Below the pieces are notes generated by a model that made no database searches, was not told the origin of the DNA, and worked only from the letters and a program-made list of their open reading frames with translations. The translations under genes and the position numbers were made by a program. A DNA stretch of 64,000 nt from an uncultured Gammaproteobacteria bacterium (GTDB lineage: Bacteria; Pseudomonadota; Gammaproteobacteria; CAWCPV01): positions 96,001 to 160,000 of the forward strand of contig CAWCPV010000007.1 in the NCBI GenBank assembly GCA_963797555.1. The letters are read 5' to 3'. This document shows, in pieces, positions 53,224 to 64,000 of this stretch (within the stretch, counting starts at the first letter, position 1; the number at the start of each line of letters is the position of its first letter).

Positions 53224-53874
53224 TCAGAACGAGTATCCGAAGGCATTGATGTCGCTGTAAAAGTGCTTTGCCACGAGTTCTGCCGTCTGGTCATCGTAGT
53301 ACCTTCGATATGCTTGGCGATCCCTTGCTCTGCGCCTGTGCGGGAGCTGACGCGGCGCAATGCCGATGCGCCGGCATGCCTCGTCGAAATCCTCCTGCAG
53401 GTTCTCGTACCTCCCCACGTAATCCACGATGATTTCCCCGGACAGGTCCCGCACGTAATCCGATTGCAACTCCATGGAGGTGTCGACGATGTAATGGTAG
53501 GGGCGTTCCTTGTCGAGCTTCCAGCGGATGAAGGAAGGGAAGTCTTCTATCGCTGTCATCAAGTGGGGGCGTTCCCGCTGGATGTGGTGGTATGAGCTGA
53601 CCTGCAAGTCCCAAGGGTTGCGTACAAAGGCGAACTTGAATAGCTCTTGGAACAGCTCCCGGGGAAGCATCTCCTTGGCCGCGATCACCTTGGCGTGGCG
53701 CGGGAACCTGACGCCCAGGCGGTGTCCGGTCATAGCGCTCAGCCGACTGCAGATCAAGCGCGAAATACGATGGCGGTCCTTCCAACGTTCCCACTGGAGT
53801 GCCCGGCGAATGCTGGTCCCCCCGGTCTTGGCGATGTGCACGAACAGGAACCGATGGCGGTAACAGAGCAGCAT
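53224..53874 (-). CDS. Sulfotransferase family 2 protein
   Basis: FLFVHIAKTGGTS (5'-PSB)..FAFVRNPWD (3'-PB)..GRYENL..FGYSF. Confidence 0.9.
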   Translation of the reverse strand: MLLCYRHRFLFVHIAKTGGTSIRRALQWERWKDRHRISRLICSRLSAMTGHRLGVRFPRHAKVIAAKEMLPRELFQELFKFAFVRNPWDLQVSSYHHIQRERPHLMTAIEDFPSFIRWKLDKERPYHYIVDTSMELQSDYVRDLSGEIIVDYVGRYENLQEDFDEACRRIGIAPRQLPHRRRARDRQAYRRYYDDQTAELVAKHFYSDINAFGYSF

Positions 53875-54127
53875 GCAAGTCTTGTCGGGAAGATCAGACC
53901 TCAGAGCGTGAGAATAAATCTGCGCGTGTCCCGATAACGGTGTTGGCGGTGTTCATGATGCACCTCCCTGTACCCCTTTGGGGCATCGCGGACCTGCCGA
54001 ATGGCTATCCTGCCATTCGGTCGCTCCTCGCCTATCTAGTTGATATGTGGCGTTGCTGCGCTCTGTGCATCTTCCTCGCGGGCCGCTCGCGACGATTTCT
54101 TCAAGACCTCTCAGGCTCGACCGCTCT

Positions 54128-55271
54128 TCACTGCTTCGCGGTCAACCCGAGCACCTCGAGGTAGGCCAGCGCGCTGGACTCCGACCGGTAGGGCCCGACT
54201 GCCTGACGGAGAAATTCAGCGGCGGGCGGATTTTCCAGCGTGGCCTCTATGGCGTCAGCCAGGGCCATGGCATCACCCACTGGCACGAGGCGTCCGAACC
54301 GGCCCCCCTGGAGTATCTCGCGCGGTCCGCTGGGACAATCCGTAGAGACGACCGGGATGCCGAGTGCCAGAGCCTCGGTCAGAACGTTCGGGGAGCCCTC
54401 CCACGCAGAAGACAGCACAAACAGGGCGGAACCGGCCATGTAGGCGTAGGGATTCCCGACAAATCCCGGCAATGAGAACGTCTTCGGCAATGCCCAAGCG
54501 ACGTGCCAGAGACTCGAGGCCAGAGCGGTCATGGCCCTCGCCAAGGATGATCAGACGACAGCGCCGCATGGCCCGCACCCGCGCAAAAGCGTGCAGCAGA
54601 GTGGGGAAGTCTTTCTGACGGGTCAACCTGCCGGCTCCCAGGACGAGAGGAGGCTTACCCGGCCGAAGCCAGGGATGGTCGGATTCCTGCCGCGCTGAGG
54701 CGAGGATCTCGGGCGTAACTACCGGGTTGCGTACGACCAGGATGCGCTCCCGCGGCAGACCGGTGATCCGGGCAGTGTCGGCTGCAACGCCTTCGGAGAC
54801 CGCAATGATGTTGTCGGTCCACCGATAAAACAGGCGCATGGGCAGATAGCGAGACCAGCGAGCTGCCGCGCCTTTGCCTTTCAGGGAAGCGGAGAGATGC
54901 GTGCCAAGGCGGATGGTGACGGGGGTATCGACCCCGCTCAGGCGCCTGGCGATCAGGGCCGCCCGGCCCGCTCGATCCTTGACCGCAAGGAGAGCCTTTG
55001 GACGATGGCGGCGCAGATACCGCACCAGTTTCGGGATGCTGGTGATGGCGTGTCGGCGGCCCAACGGCACGACATTGACTTGCGGCGGTATGGCCTTCAG
55101 ATGGGCACTTTGAGCCCGCACCAACAGCAGATCCACGGGGACCGCGAGGCGAGCGAGCTCCCGGAGCAAGTTCGCGACCATACGTTCTACCCCACCGGAC
55201 CCAGAGAAGGAAACGAGGACGGCCAGCCGTTGGCGTTCGGAGAGCGAGTCGGGAGAGCTTGCCGTCGTCAA
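54128..55271 (-). CDS. GT4 glycosyltransferase (frameshift near 54475)
   Basis: [44 protein letters not shown]. Confidence 0.9.
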
Positions 55272-55526
55272 TGTGCGCGATCGACTAATCGGGTGCTGAG
55301 CCTACGATTGCTCCTGGAAAACGCCCAGGACCCTCAAGGGGTTCTCTGAACGCTCCATGGTCCTGATCGGCGGGGAGAAGGTATACTCGGCAGCTTCCGC
55401 GACGCGAGCACGCCCGTCGCTGGCGGCCGAAAAGGTTTTGTCCGAACAGGCGATGTCAAAGGTCTCCGCAACGTCCATCCCCGGCACTCAGCACATTATA
55501 CAGGTCCGGCGTATGCTGCCGACGCG

Positions 55527-56621
55527 TCAGGTGGCACGGCCTGCGAGCCCCATCGCTTGCAGATAAGCAGACGTGGCCCGTTCGATCTCGTAGGGTAGCG
55601 CGGCCTCCCTCAGGAGAGACCTCGGGAGTGGATCATCTAGGGTCTCCAGGATGGCGCGCGCTATGGCGTCGGAGTCGCCTACGGTTACCAGGGCTCCGTA
55701 CCGGCCGTCCCCAAGTATCTCGCGGGGTCCGCTCGGGCAATCGGTCGAAACGACCGCAGTGCCGAGTGCGAGTGCTTCGATAAGCACCATCCCGAGGCCT
55801 TCCCACTTGGAGGTGAGCGCGAGGAGCTTTGCATGGGCCATGTACGGATACGGGTTCGACTGAAATCCCGGTAGGTCGAAGTCGTCGGCAACGCCGAGTG
55901 CCCGAGCCAGCGCTTGGAGTCGGGGTCTATCCCTGCCCTCTCCCAAGATAAGCAGGCGGCAGAGCCGCTCGCGGCGTACCCGTGCGAACGCGTGCAACAG
56001 CGTCTCGAAGTCCTTCCTCGCGCTCAGCTCACCGACCCCTAGGATGACCGCTGGCTGGCCCGCCCCGAACCATGAGTGCGGGGGCAGGGGCTGCTCCGTG
56101 TCAAAAAGGGTGCGGGGAACGACGGGGCTCGGCACCACGGCGATCCGGGATAGGTCTAGGCCAGTATACTGCGCCATGTCGGTGGCGACGCCGTGCGAGG
56201 GAACCGCGATGGTGTCCGCGTACCGATACAGATGGCCCATGGAGATCCTCTGCATCCAGCGATCGAGTGGGCGCCGGCTGGCGAGATCCCGGGATACCGT
56301 CGTGCCCGAGCGCAGCACCAGGTGGGTGCGCGTGCGGGCCAGGGCCCTTGCCAACAGGGCGACGCGGTTGACCCTGTCCTTGTCCGACAGCATAGCTGTC
56401 GGGTGTTCCCGCCTCAGGTAGCGCACCACGGCCATCAAGGCCGTATAGACGTGGGAGGTCCCCAGGTCTATGACGCGAACGGCCGGGCCGTCGATCGCCG
56501 GGCCGTGCTGGCGAACGTGCAGCAGGTCTACCGAGTAGCCACGTCGCGCGATGGCCGGAAGCAGGTGCTGCGCAATCCGGTCCACGCCGCTGTGTCCGGA
56601 AGTCGCAAGGAAGAAGGACAC
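55527..56621 (-). CDS. GT4 glycosyltransferase (start approximate)
   Basis: FFLATSGHSGVDR..GELSARKDF..WEGLGMVLIEA. Confidence 0.88.
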   Translation of the reverse strand: MSFFLATSGHSGVDRIAQHLLPAIARRGYSVDLLHVRQHGPAIDGPAVRVIDLGTSHVYTALMAVVRYLRREHPTAMLSDKDRVNRVALLARALARTRTHLVLRSGTTVSRDLASRRPLDRWMQRISMGHLYRYADTIAVPSHGVATDMAQYTGLDLSRIAVVPSPVVPRTLFDTEQPLPPHSWFGAGQPAVILGVGELSARKDFETLLHAFARVRRERLCRLLILGEGRDRPRLQALARALGVADDFDLPGFQSNPYPYMAHAKLLALTSKWEGLGMVLIEALALGTAVVSTDCPSGPREILGDGRYGALVTVGDSDAIARAILETLDDPLPRSLLREAALPYEIERATSAYLQAMGLAGRAT

Positions 56622-56679
56622 GGTTTTATCAGTACGCGGCGGGAAACGGTTGCGGGGTGTTCCCCGGATGGGGTACGGG

Positions 56680-58496
56680 TCAGACAATCCAGGACAATGG
56701 GTCTTCGTCCGGGGTCGGCAGGACACCGGGGCTGTCGATGAACAGGCGATGCCAGATGGCGAATTGCAGCAGGGACCAGATCTCCCGGGAAACCGGGTGT
56801 CCTGCCCGCTGGGCTTCGAGCATCTCTCGCACCCCCTGAGGGCAGAACCAGGCCTGGATGGCGGGGTGGCGAGGAAGGTGGGCGATGAATGGTCGAGCAC
56901 CGGGCCGCGCAGCCACTCTCCCACAGGGACGTGGAAGCCGCGCTTTCTGCGGCGCAGGTGGCCACGCGGCAGCATTGGCTGGGCCCAGGCTTTCAGAAGA
57001 ACCTTGCCATGCCGGGAGCGCACCTTGAGCTGGTCGGGGAGTGATAGTCCGAACTCGAGGATGCGATGGTCGAGAAAGGGGACGCGGCCTTCGACGCCGA
57101 AGGCCATGAGCATCCGGTCCACCTTGACCAGCAAGTTATCAGGAAGGGCTGTCCGGATGTCGACATACTGCCTGCGCTGCAGAGCGCTCCAGCCTTCCGG
57201 GCAGGACTGCCACGCCTCTATGAAGGGTAGCCGCGCCGCTGCCCGGGCGGCGGCGAGCTCTGGCCCGAAGACCCGGCTGATCCAGCGGCGCTGCCATCGG
57301 CTGCGGGTACGGAAGCCGCCCGACCCCGGCGCCGTGAGATTCTTGAGCCAAGACTTGGCCGGCGATGCGCGGTAGCGCCCATAGCCGGCGAAGACTTCGT
57401 CCCCACCTTCCCCCGTAAAGACCACTTTTAGCTCCTGACCAGCGCGTTCCGCGAGGATGGACATCGGCAGACACGCATAGTCCAACATGAGGTCGTCGGC
57501 CGCCCACACCGTATGCGGGAGATGACGGAACAGGCTGCGCAGGTCGAGGGTGAGAGGAGTGTGACGGGCGTTGAAGTGCCGGGCAATGCGGTCCGCGTCG
57601 GCCAGCTCGTCCTTCATCTCCACCCCGGTGTAGCCCACCGAGAAGGTCTGAATGGGCCGCTCCTGGGCGCGCGTAAGCAACGCCAAGAGGGCCGCGGAGT
57701 CAGCGCCTCCCGACAGGAACAATCCGTATGGAACGTCGGAGCGCAGGTGCTCGCGCATGACGACATTCATCAACTCGTCGAAGGTCTCCCGAGCGTCCTC
57801 GAAGCAATAGCGCTGAGGCGCGACGTCCAGGGCCGACCAGTAGCGCCAGGCCTCCATCTGCAGATCGGCCCGGATGGCGATCGCCTCGCCCGGGAGGACC
57901 CGGTGGATGCCCTGGAGGATGGTCTCCCGACCCGTGTGGAACTGGTTATGGAGGAACTGGGCCAGAGCGCCCGGGTGGATCTGCGGTGTGCGCGGGAGCT
58001 GCGGCAGAAGGGCCTTGATCTCCGAACCGAATACGATTCGGTCGGGCAGGACCGCGTAGTAAAGTGGCTTGATACCCAGCCGGTCACGGGCCAGGACCAA
58101 CTCCTTGCGCGCACGGTCGTAGAGGGCGAACGCGAACATTCCGTGCAGATGACCTAGGAACTGGCGCCCGTACAAGGCATAGGCGTGGAGGATGGTCTCG
58201 CTGTCGGAGCGGGTGGCGAAGCGGTAGCCGCTGTGTTGCAGTTCGGCCATCAGCTCGACGTAGTTGTAGACCTCGCCGTTCGCCACTAGGGCCAGCCTGG
58301 CCCCGTCGGCGAGGAGTGGCTGGTGTCCTCCACCAACGTCGATAATGGACAGGCGAGTATGGGCAAGACCAACTGGCCCATCGGTGTGGATGCCCACATC
58401 ATCGGGCCCTCGATGACGGAGCAGGTCGCCCATGCGCCGCAGCTCATCGTCACGCGCCGCGCCCGCCCGCAGATAGATGCCAGCGATACCACACAT
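56680..58496 (-). CDS. asnB: Asparagine synthase-like glutamine amidotransferase (frameshift near 56888)
   Basis: MCGIAG..HRGPD..RDRLGIKPLY..LSGGADS..GEGGDEVFAGY. The true C-terminus is in ORF 56680-56916. Confidence 0.9.
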
Positions 58497-58665
58497 CTCG
58501 ATTACCCGTCAGGCGGCCGTTGCCCCTCTTGCCGCAGCGCTGCTCCCGGTCGCTCCCGCTGGCGAGTCAAGGGACAGACGCTCCACGCGCGCGGACCTCA
58601 CGACGCTCGTGTGCTCGGGGACGAGGGGGAAGAAGGAGGTGACGGTAGAGATTCTGCAGGCCCGC

Positions 58666-59812
58666 TCAATTCCGCTGGCTCCGGCTGTTGGCAGAGAGCC
58701 CGAGGGCAAGCAGGTACTCTTGGCTACTCGCCTCCAGGGTGTACCTACGCGCGGCAGACTGCAGCAAATCGCGCGGGCGTGAGTCAGCCAGGGCGGCGAG
58801 CATGGCTTGCGCCATGGCGGTAGGGTCCCCGACCGGCACCAGCCGACCGAAGCGGCCGTCCCCCAGGATCTCTCGCGGTCCGGTGGGACAGTCGGTGGAG
58901 ACCACGGGCAGCCCCAGGGCCAATGCCTCCACAAGGACGGCGCCGAAGCCCTCCCAGAGGGAGGACAGCACGAACAAATCGGCAGCGGCCATGTAGGGAT
59001 AAGGGTTGGGTTCGAAGCCCGGCAGCGAGAACGTCGCCCTGGACGCCGAGTTCCCGGCTGAGGGCTTCTAGACGCTGCCGCTGCCTGCCCTCGCCGAGGA
59101 TGATCAGACGGCAGGGCCGCTGGCGGCGCATTGCGGCAAAGGCCCGCAGCAGCGTCTGAAAGTCCTTCTGGCGCCGGAGGCCGCCGACCCCCAGTATCAC
59201 TGGCGTCTCCTTGTGAAGAAGCCAGGCATGAGGGAGCGGCGCGTTGGCCAGCCGCTCCAACTCCGGCGTTACGACAGGGTTCGGGACCACTCGGACGCGG
59301 TCACTCGGAAGACCGGTTATTCTCACTACATCCTCGGCGACGCCGCGCGAGACGGCGACAACGCCGTCCGCCCTGGCGTACATCCGACGGACCGCGCGTA
59401 ACTTGCGCCAGCGGTACAGCCCTCCCCGGCCACGCGCCTCGAGCCGGCCCGACAGGCTGGTTCCAGTGATCAGGACGCAGCGCACCGGAACCCCAGCCCA
59501 ACGCTTGGCGCGCAGCGAGAGGCGGTCGTCGCTGCCTTTCCCGGAAAGGACCACGTGCGGTCGCGCGGCTCGCAGGTAGCGAACTGTGGCGAGAAGCGCC
59601 CGCACGCCACGCGAGGAGCCGATCTCCAGCAGCCTGGCCTGCGGGGGCAGCGACGCCAGGGAACGAGCGGTGGCCTGCCGCACCACGAAGTCCACTGTGA
59701 CGCCGCGCTGGACCATGCCGCCGGCCAGGTTCACCAGCATGCGTTCCACACCACCGTCACCGAAGGAGGGTATGAAGACGCAAAGCCTGTATGGGGGCTC
59801 ACGGCTGTCCAT
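58666..59812 (-). CDS. GT4 glycosyltransferase (frameshift near 59030)
   Basis: [38 protein letters not shown]. Confidence 0.9.
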
Positions 59813-60487
59813 TGCGCTCCCCGGAACCGTCAGAGCGCGGGCTGACGCCCGGGTACTCGCGGATACGGATCTCGCCGCCGAGGCTCTGCAGTGCCTGGCG
59901 CTGACTTCCCTGGTTCAACAGGACCAGCCGACCGCGCCGTTCCGGGCGGCCCACCCCCAACGGTGCCGGGGCTCGCCGACGGGAACCCAGCGGTGGGCCG
60001 CGCGCTCGCGCGACACCGCGTAGATCCGGACTGACGAGGGGTTTGCCCATGATCTGGATTCATCGCTCGGGTGCATTGAACAGGATGGCTAAGTCATCTG
60101 CCACCTCACGGGAGACGGGTCTGAGGTCGTCGTTTTGCGGGTAGTAGTGGTGCACGTAACGGTATTGTGACCGCCTCTTGGCCCCGAGTACACTTACAAA
60201 TTTATGCGCAGGCGGGTGTCCGCAGCGGAGTAGACTCGTTGTGCCGCGGCCAAGGCGGCGAGCCCGCAAGGCCGCGACTTTGGCGAGGATGCGGGACGCG
60301 AGCGGCCCTTCCGGTAAGTAGCGGCGCTCTGCGGCCCACCGATCGGCGAAAGCATTGACGAGATCGATGCGCATCTTCCCGCTGCCGACCGGGGAGCCGG
60401 GCAGTCCACCAGGACTGCGAAGCGCCTCGGGTACGGGTCGCGGCCGAGCTGCCGTAGGCTGGAGAGCGTCGTTTTGGAACTGGACCG

Positions 60488-61996
60488 GTGCGCAAGCGTG
60501 TGCCAGCGCGTGCGCCGAATTATACCCGATTCCGTATCTTTCCCACTGACCGCATCGTTACGAGCGTCGACCCGGCTGCGCCCTCGCCGGGCTCCGCGCT
60601 TTCACCAGGGAGCAGGCAGTTACCCCGTCCGGCGGAGAAAATCGTGGCCTTAGGGGTGTCCCCGCCGGAGCGGGTCGTGCCACGAGTGGCCCATGCGGCC
60701 TTGCTGGGGTTTGCCCTGACGGCCTGGATCAGCACGCCCGTAGCCAGCGTCTGCCTGGCCTTGCTATCGATCACCTTCGTGGCGGACAGGGACACGCCCT
60801 GGCGGGACCTTCAGCGGGATCCCATGATGGTGCTATTCGCGGTCTCTCTTGTGTATCTTTCGGCGCGAACACTCTGGGGGGTCTTGGAGTGGCCGGAGAC
60901 GGTGCACAAACAGGTGGGGGAGTCCCTGGACTGGTCCAAGCTCTGGGTGTTTTTGCTGGTGGCGTGGTGGCTGCGCGGCGAAGTGCGCGGGATCCTGCAG
61001 GTAATGGGGTTGGCGCTGGTGGGGCTGCTCGTAGGCACGGCGTCCAACCTGAACCCACAGAAGCTAGGGGACGTGCTGGCCGGGCTCCGGCCCCATCTGG
61101 AGTTCCCCGCGCTCGGCTTCGGACTGTACACCGCCACCGCGGTCCTGGGCGTGTTGCTGTTCGCCACGCGCATATGGGGCACGACGCAGCGGCCGGGGCG
61201 CTTCGCCGCTAGAGTGGCAGCCTGGCTCGCGGTCCTGGTTGTCTTGGTCCAGGGGGTGATCACCTCGCAGTCGCGGGCTACCTGGATCGCGGTCCTCGTC
61301 GTATTTCCGCCGCTGCTGGTGTTGAGAGTAGTTCCCTGGCTGCGGGCGCCGGGGAAGGGGCGTGGGCCGCGGACCCGCTGGCCGATCGTCTTGGCTGGGC
61401 TGGTCATTTTGGGGCTGGTCGGCGCGAATCTGGGACCCATCAAGCACCGGCTGCTGCAGGAGCGGTCGAGTATCCACGCGGTATTCTCGGGTCGTTGGCA
61501 GCAGCTTCCGCCCCAGGACTCGGTCAGTTATCGGGCGCATCTCTACCGGCTCGGGCTGGACCGCTGGCTAGAGCGACCCTTTTTCGGATGGGGTCCGGGA
61601 AGTGCTGCTCGCCTGATTCAGCAGAGCGATATCCCTGCCATTCGCCAGTTCAAGGAGTTTCACAATTCTTATCTGGATGTCCTGGTTCGCATGGGGCTTG
61701 TCGGTGCCTGTCTCATGGGGGTTGGGTTCTGGCTGTTGCTGAGGGCCTTGTGGCGCGCCCGCCGCGCAGGGTCGCTCCCGCTGGACGCTTTCTTGTGTTT
61801 AGGGGGCGCGTTCGCCCTCCTGGCGGTGTGGAGCGCCGGGGACTTTCGCATGGTGCACGCGGATTGGCGCTTCTATTGGGTCATCTTCGCGGGGTCGGCA
61901 TACACGTTTCAGCTGCGTACGAATGCGCACCCATCGACACCGACGCGGAGCGGGCACCGATTGCCAGGACGTGCGATTCGGCACGGCCAGACCTAG
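60488..61996 (+). CDS. O-antigen ligase (Wzy_C/WaaL) family membrane protein; true start probably further downstream
   Basis: Multiple transmembrane helices, SQSRATW, R..Y..ERPFFGWG..HNSYLD. Confidence 0.85.
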   Translation: MRKRVPARAPNYTRFRIFPTDRIVTSVDPAAPSPGSALSPGSRQLPRPAEKIVALGVSPPERVVPRVAHAALLGFALTAWISTPVASVCLALLSITFVADRDTPWRDLQRDPMMVLFAVSLVYLSARTLWGVLEWPETVHKQVGESLDWSKLWVFLLVAWWLRGEVRGILQVMGLALVGLLVGTASNLNPQKLGDVLAGLRPHLEFPALGFGLYTATAVLGVLLFATRIWGTTQRPGRFAARVAAWLAVLVVLVQGVITSQSRATWIAVLVVFPPLLVLRVVPWLRAPGKGRGPRTRWPIVLAGLVILGLVGANLGPIKHRLLQERSSIHAVFSGRWQQLPPQDSVSYRAHLYRLGLDRWLERPFFGWGPGSAARLIQQSDIPAIRQFKEFHNSYLDVLVRMGLVGACLMGVGFWLLLRALWRARRAGSLPLDAFLCLGGAFALLAVWSAGDFRMVHADWRFYWVIFAGSAYTFQLRTNAHPSTPTRSGHRLPGRAIRHGQT

Positions 61997-63078
61997 CGTC
62001 GGAGCACATCCTCGTAAACGTTCACGTTCCCCGCGACCATCCGCTCGATGGAGAACTCTCTCTCCGCGATCTGGCGTCCCGCCGCGCCCATAGAGCGGGC
62101 TCCAGCGGGATCCGCGAGGAGGCGCTGTATGGCGCTGGCGAGACCCTGGGAATCGCCGGGCGGGACCAAGTAGCCGTTCACGCCGTCATGCACGACCTCC
62201 GGGACCCCGCCCGCTCGGGCACCTGCAATAGGCACTCCGGAGGCCGCCGCCTGCAACAGGGAGACGCCTAGGCCCTCCGTGAGGGCGGCATGTGCCACCA
62301 AATCGAGACATGGGAGTACGCGATGCAGGTCTGAACGGAAGCCCGCGAGGCGTACGTACTCGGTGAGTGCGTTCGTCCTGCACAGCCGGCGTATCTCGCT
62401 CTCCAGGGGGCCTCGCCCGAACAGCAGGAACCGCACGGCGGGAAACCGGCTCGCCACGGCCGGCACAGCCTCCAGGACGTAGCGGTGACCTTTACGCTCG
62501 ATGAGTTGGGCGATGACACCCACGGCCCGTGTCTCCGGCGACAGTCCAAACTCCGCCTCGAACCATGCGCGCTCGCATGGAAAGTCATACGCGCCCGGGT
62601 CGACGGCGCTGTGCACGCATACCACGTGTCTCTCTGGGACACCCTCGCGCAGAAGCACCTGACGTATCGCCTGGGAAATGGCGATCACTCGGTCGTAGAG
62701 GCCGTATTTCCAGCGAGCCAGCCAGCCCGGTTCGGGGTTGTCGTTGCGGCGGCTATAGACACGTTTCATTCCCAGATGCCGTGCCACGATACCGCCCCAG
62801 AGGTCGGCCCCGAGGCGGCTGTGGACGTGCACGAGGTCCGGGCGTTCCCGTGCGATGAGTGCCCTGAGACGCAGCGGGAACAACGGGTCCAGGTCCCGGT
62901 GCAGAGGAATGGCGTGAACCGTATCGGCCGGGCCCACCGCGCGCGATGCGATGGCGCTTCCGCGGGGGCACACCAAAACGTTGTGGTACCCACGCGCCTT
63001 GAGGCCCTCTAGAAGGTACAGCACCTGCGCGGCTCCGCCATAGAGGTGCCTCCCCGCTTCGACATGCAGAACCTTCAC
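61993..63078 (-). CDS. GT4 glycosyltransferase
   Basis: MKVLHVEAGRHLYGG..LIERKGH..EGLGVSLLQA. Confidence 0.92.
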   Translation of the reverse strand: MKVLHVEAGRHLYGGAAQVLYLLEGLKARGYHNVLVCPRGSAIASRAVGPADTVHAIPLHRDLDPLFPLRLRALIARERPDLVHVHSRLGADLWGGIVARHLGMKRVYSRRNDNPEPGWLARWKYGLYDRVIAISQAIRQVLLREGVPERHVVCVHSAVDPGAYDFPCERAWFEAEFGLSPETRAVGVIAQLIERKGHRYVLEAVPAVASRFPAVRFLLFGRGPLESEIRRLCRTNALTEYVRLAGFRSDLHRVLPCLDLVAHAALTEGLGVSLLQAAASGVPIAGARAGGVPEVVHDGVNGYLVPPGDSQGLASAIQRLLADPAGARSMGAAGRQIAEREFSIERMVAGNVNVYEDVLRR

Positions 63079-64000
63079 CCGCGCACTTCCGCCGCGGACA
63101 GAAGTCGCTGCGCCGTCGCCAACACCTGCTCTACATCGATACTACGCATGCACGTATAGGCGCCGTTGCAGGTTGGGTGCCGACGGCACGGAGAGCACGG
63201 TAGGCGGTGATACAGTACCGCGGCCTGCGGCATGGCCGGATCGAGGTAGGGGCGCGTCGAACCGAACAGTGCGAGCGTGGGGACTCCGAGGGCGATGCCC
63301 AGATGCGTTAGGCCAGTATCGACGCCTACCAGGAGCGAGGCCCCTCGGATGGTGGCTGCGGCCTGACCGATGGTTGTCCGCCCAGTCAAATCCTCGATAC
63401 AGGTAGGGGCTAACTCATGGATGCGCTGCGCTGCGGGGGTATCCGCACCTGAACCAAGGATGAGCGCCGGCAAGGACTGTGCCTGTGCCAGCCTTCTGGC
63501 GAGGTCCGCCCACCGTTCGTCCACCCAGTGTTTTTGGGGGCGGGTCGTGAAAGGGCAGAAGACTGCATAGCGAGCGCGGAGTCTGAGTGCCTTCAGACAG
63601 TCGCCGACCGCCTGCTCATCGTCGCGGCCGACGGCAACGTCCATGGGGAAGTCCCCCGGGGACAACTCAAGGTCCTTGGCCAAGCGGAAATATTCCGATC
63701 CGATACGCGGGTCATTGGGCGGGCGGTCGACCACCCGCGTCATCAGCAGCGCGCTCCCCTCTCTGGACCCCAAGCCGACGCGCTCGCCCGCTCCAGACAG
63801 GTACGCCCAGAGTGCGCTCTTCAGGAGCCCCTGGAGATCTAGGACGATGTCGAAACGCCGACGCCGAAGCTGCCGGGTGAAGTCTCGGACCTGCCGATAT
63901 AGCGCGGGCAGTCGCCGGGTCCGGGCTAGTTGGCGCCAGCGGTGCCGCGGCCACACGATGACCTCATCCAGAGCGCGGTTGTGTTTCAGCAGGTCCTGTG
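63075..64000 (-). CDS. GT9 ADP-heptose:LPS heptosyltransferase-like (runs off the window end)
   Basis: FDIVLDLQGLLKSA..KHW..DLTGRT..VGVDTGLTH..ALFGST. Confidence 0.9.
   Translation of the reverse strand, partial: QDLLKHNRALDEVIVWPRHRWRQLARTRRLPALYRQVRDFTRQLRRRRFDIVLDLQGLLKSALWAYLSGAGERVGLGSREGSALLMTRVVDRPPNDPRIGSEYFRLAKDLELSPGDFPMDVAVGRDDEQAVGDCLKALRLRARYAVFCPFTTRPQKHWVDERWADLARRLAQAQSLPALILGSGADTPAAQRIHELAPTCIEDLTGRTTIGQAAATIRGASLLVGVDTGLTHLGIALGVPTLALFGSTRPYLDPAMPQAAVLYHRLPCSPCRRHPTCNGAYTCMRSIDVEQVLATAQRLLSAAEVRG

Larger units (their letters stand above)
42965..53240. mobile_element. Decayed integrative element (tyrosine integrase type) inserted at the 3' end of a sulfotransferase gene
   Basis: 17-bp direct repeat TCAGAACGAGTATCCGA at 42965-42981 and 53224-53240; 18-bp TGTCCCGCCAGTGTCCCA at 43096-43113 and 53163-53180; integrase remnant next to the right end. 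Confidence 0.85.

Noticed and set aside
55527-58496. Apparent 989-aa AsnB-GT4 fusion protein
   Set aside because: A 1-bp indel near 56888 shifts AsnB into the GT frame. The real AsnB C-terminus (..IWSLLQFAIWHRLFI..) and its stop are in ORF 56680-56916.

Overview
This is a GC-rich gammaproteobacterial chromosome segment (Chromatiales/Acidiferrobacter-like by gene content; this is an inference). It carries many single-base indels that look like long-read sequencing errors. From left to right: (1) 0.4-6.2 kb, a minus-strand modular array of Uma2 nucleases, two toxin-antitoxin pairs, GTAG-type REPs and a RAYT transposase gene split by a TA module. (2) 6.2-12 kb, a sigma54-driven type IV pilin followed by a TMTC-like GT-C/TPR gene, a second GT-C and a polyprenyl-phosphate GT2, a candidate pilin glycosylation system. 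(3) 12.4-42.8 kb, core genes: surE, decayed yqaA, nlpD, rpoS, alaC-hom-thrC, tamAB, prmB, hemN, cnoX, accCB-aroQ, dsbD-cutA, CIRCE-groESL, glnE, ilvE. (4) 42,965-53,240, a decayed ~10.3 kb integrative element bounded by a 17-bp att duplication of the 3' end of a sulfotransferase gene, with arm-type repeats, an integrase remnant, IS630, an ISAzo13 remnant, a MITE, an integrase/IS91 pair, an ISCR remnant and CopG/esterase/OmpA cargo. (5) 53.2-64 kb, an LPS modification cluster (sulfotransferase, AsnB-type amidotransferase, GT4s, O-antigen ligase-like gene, GT9). I saw no rRNA, tRNA or CRISPR array. Protein family calls come from motif recognition, not database searches.
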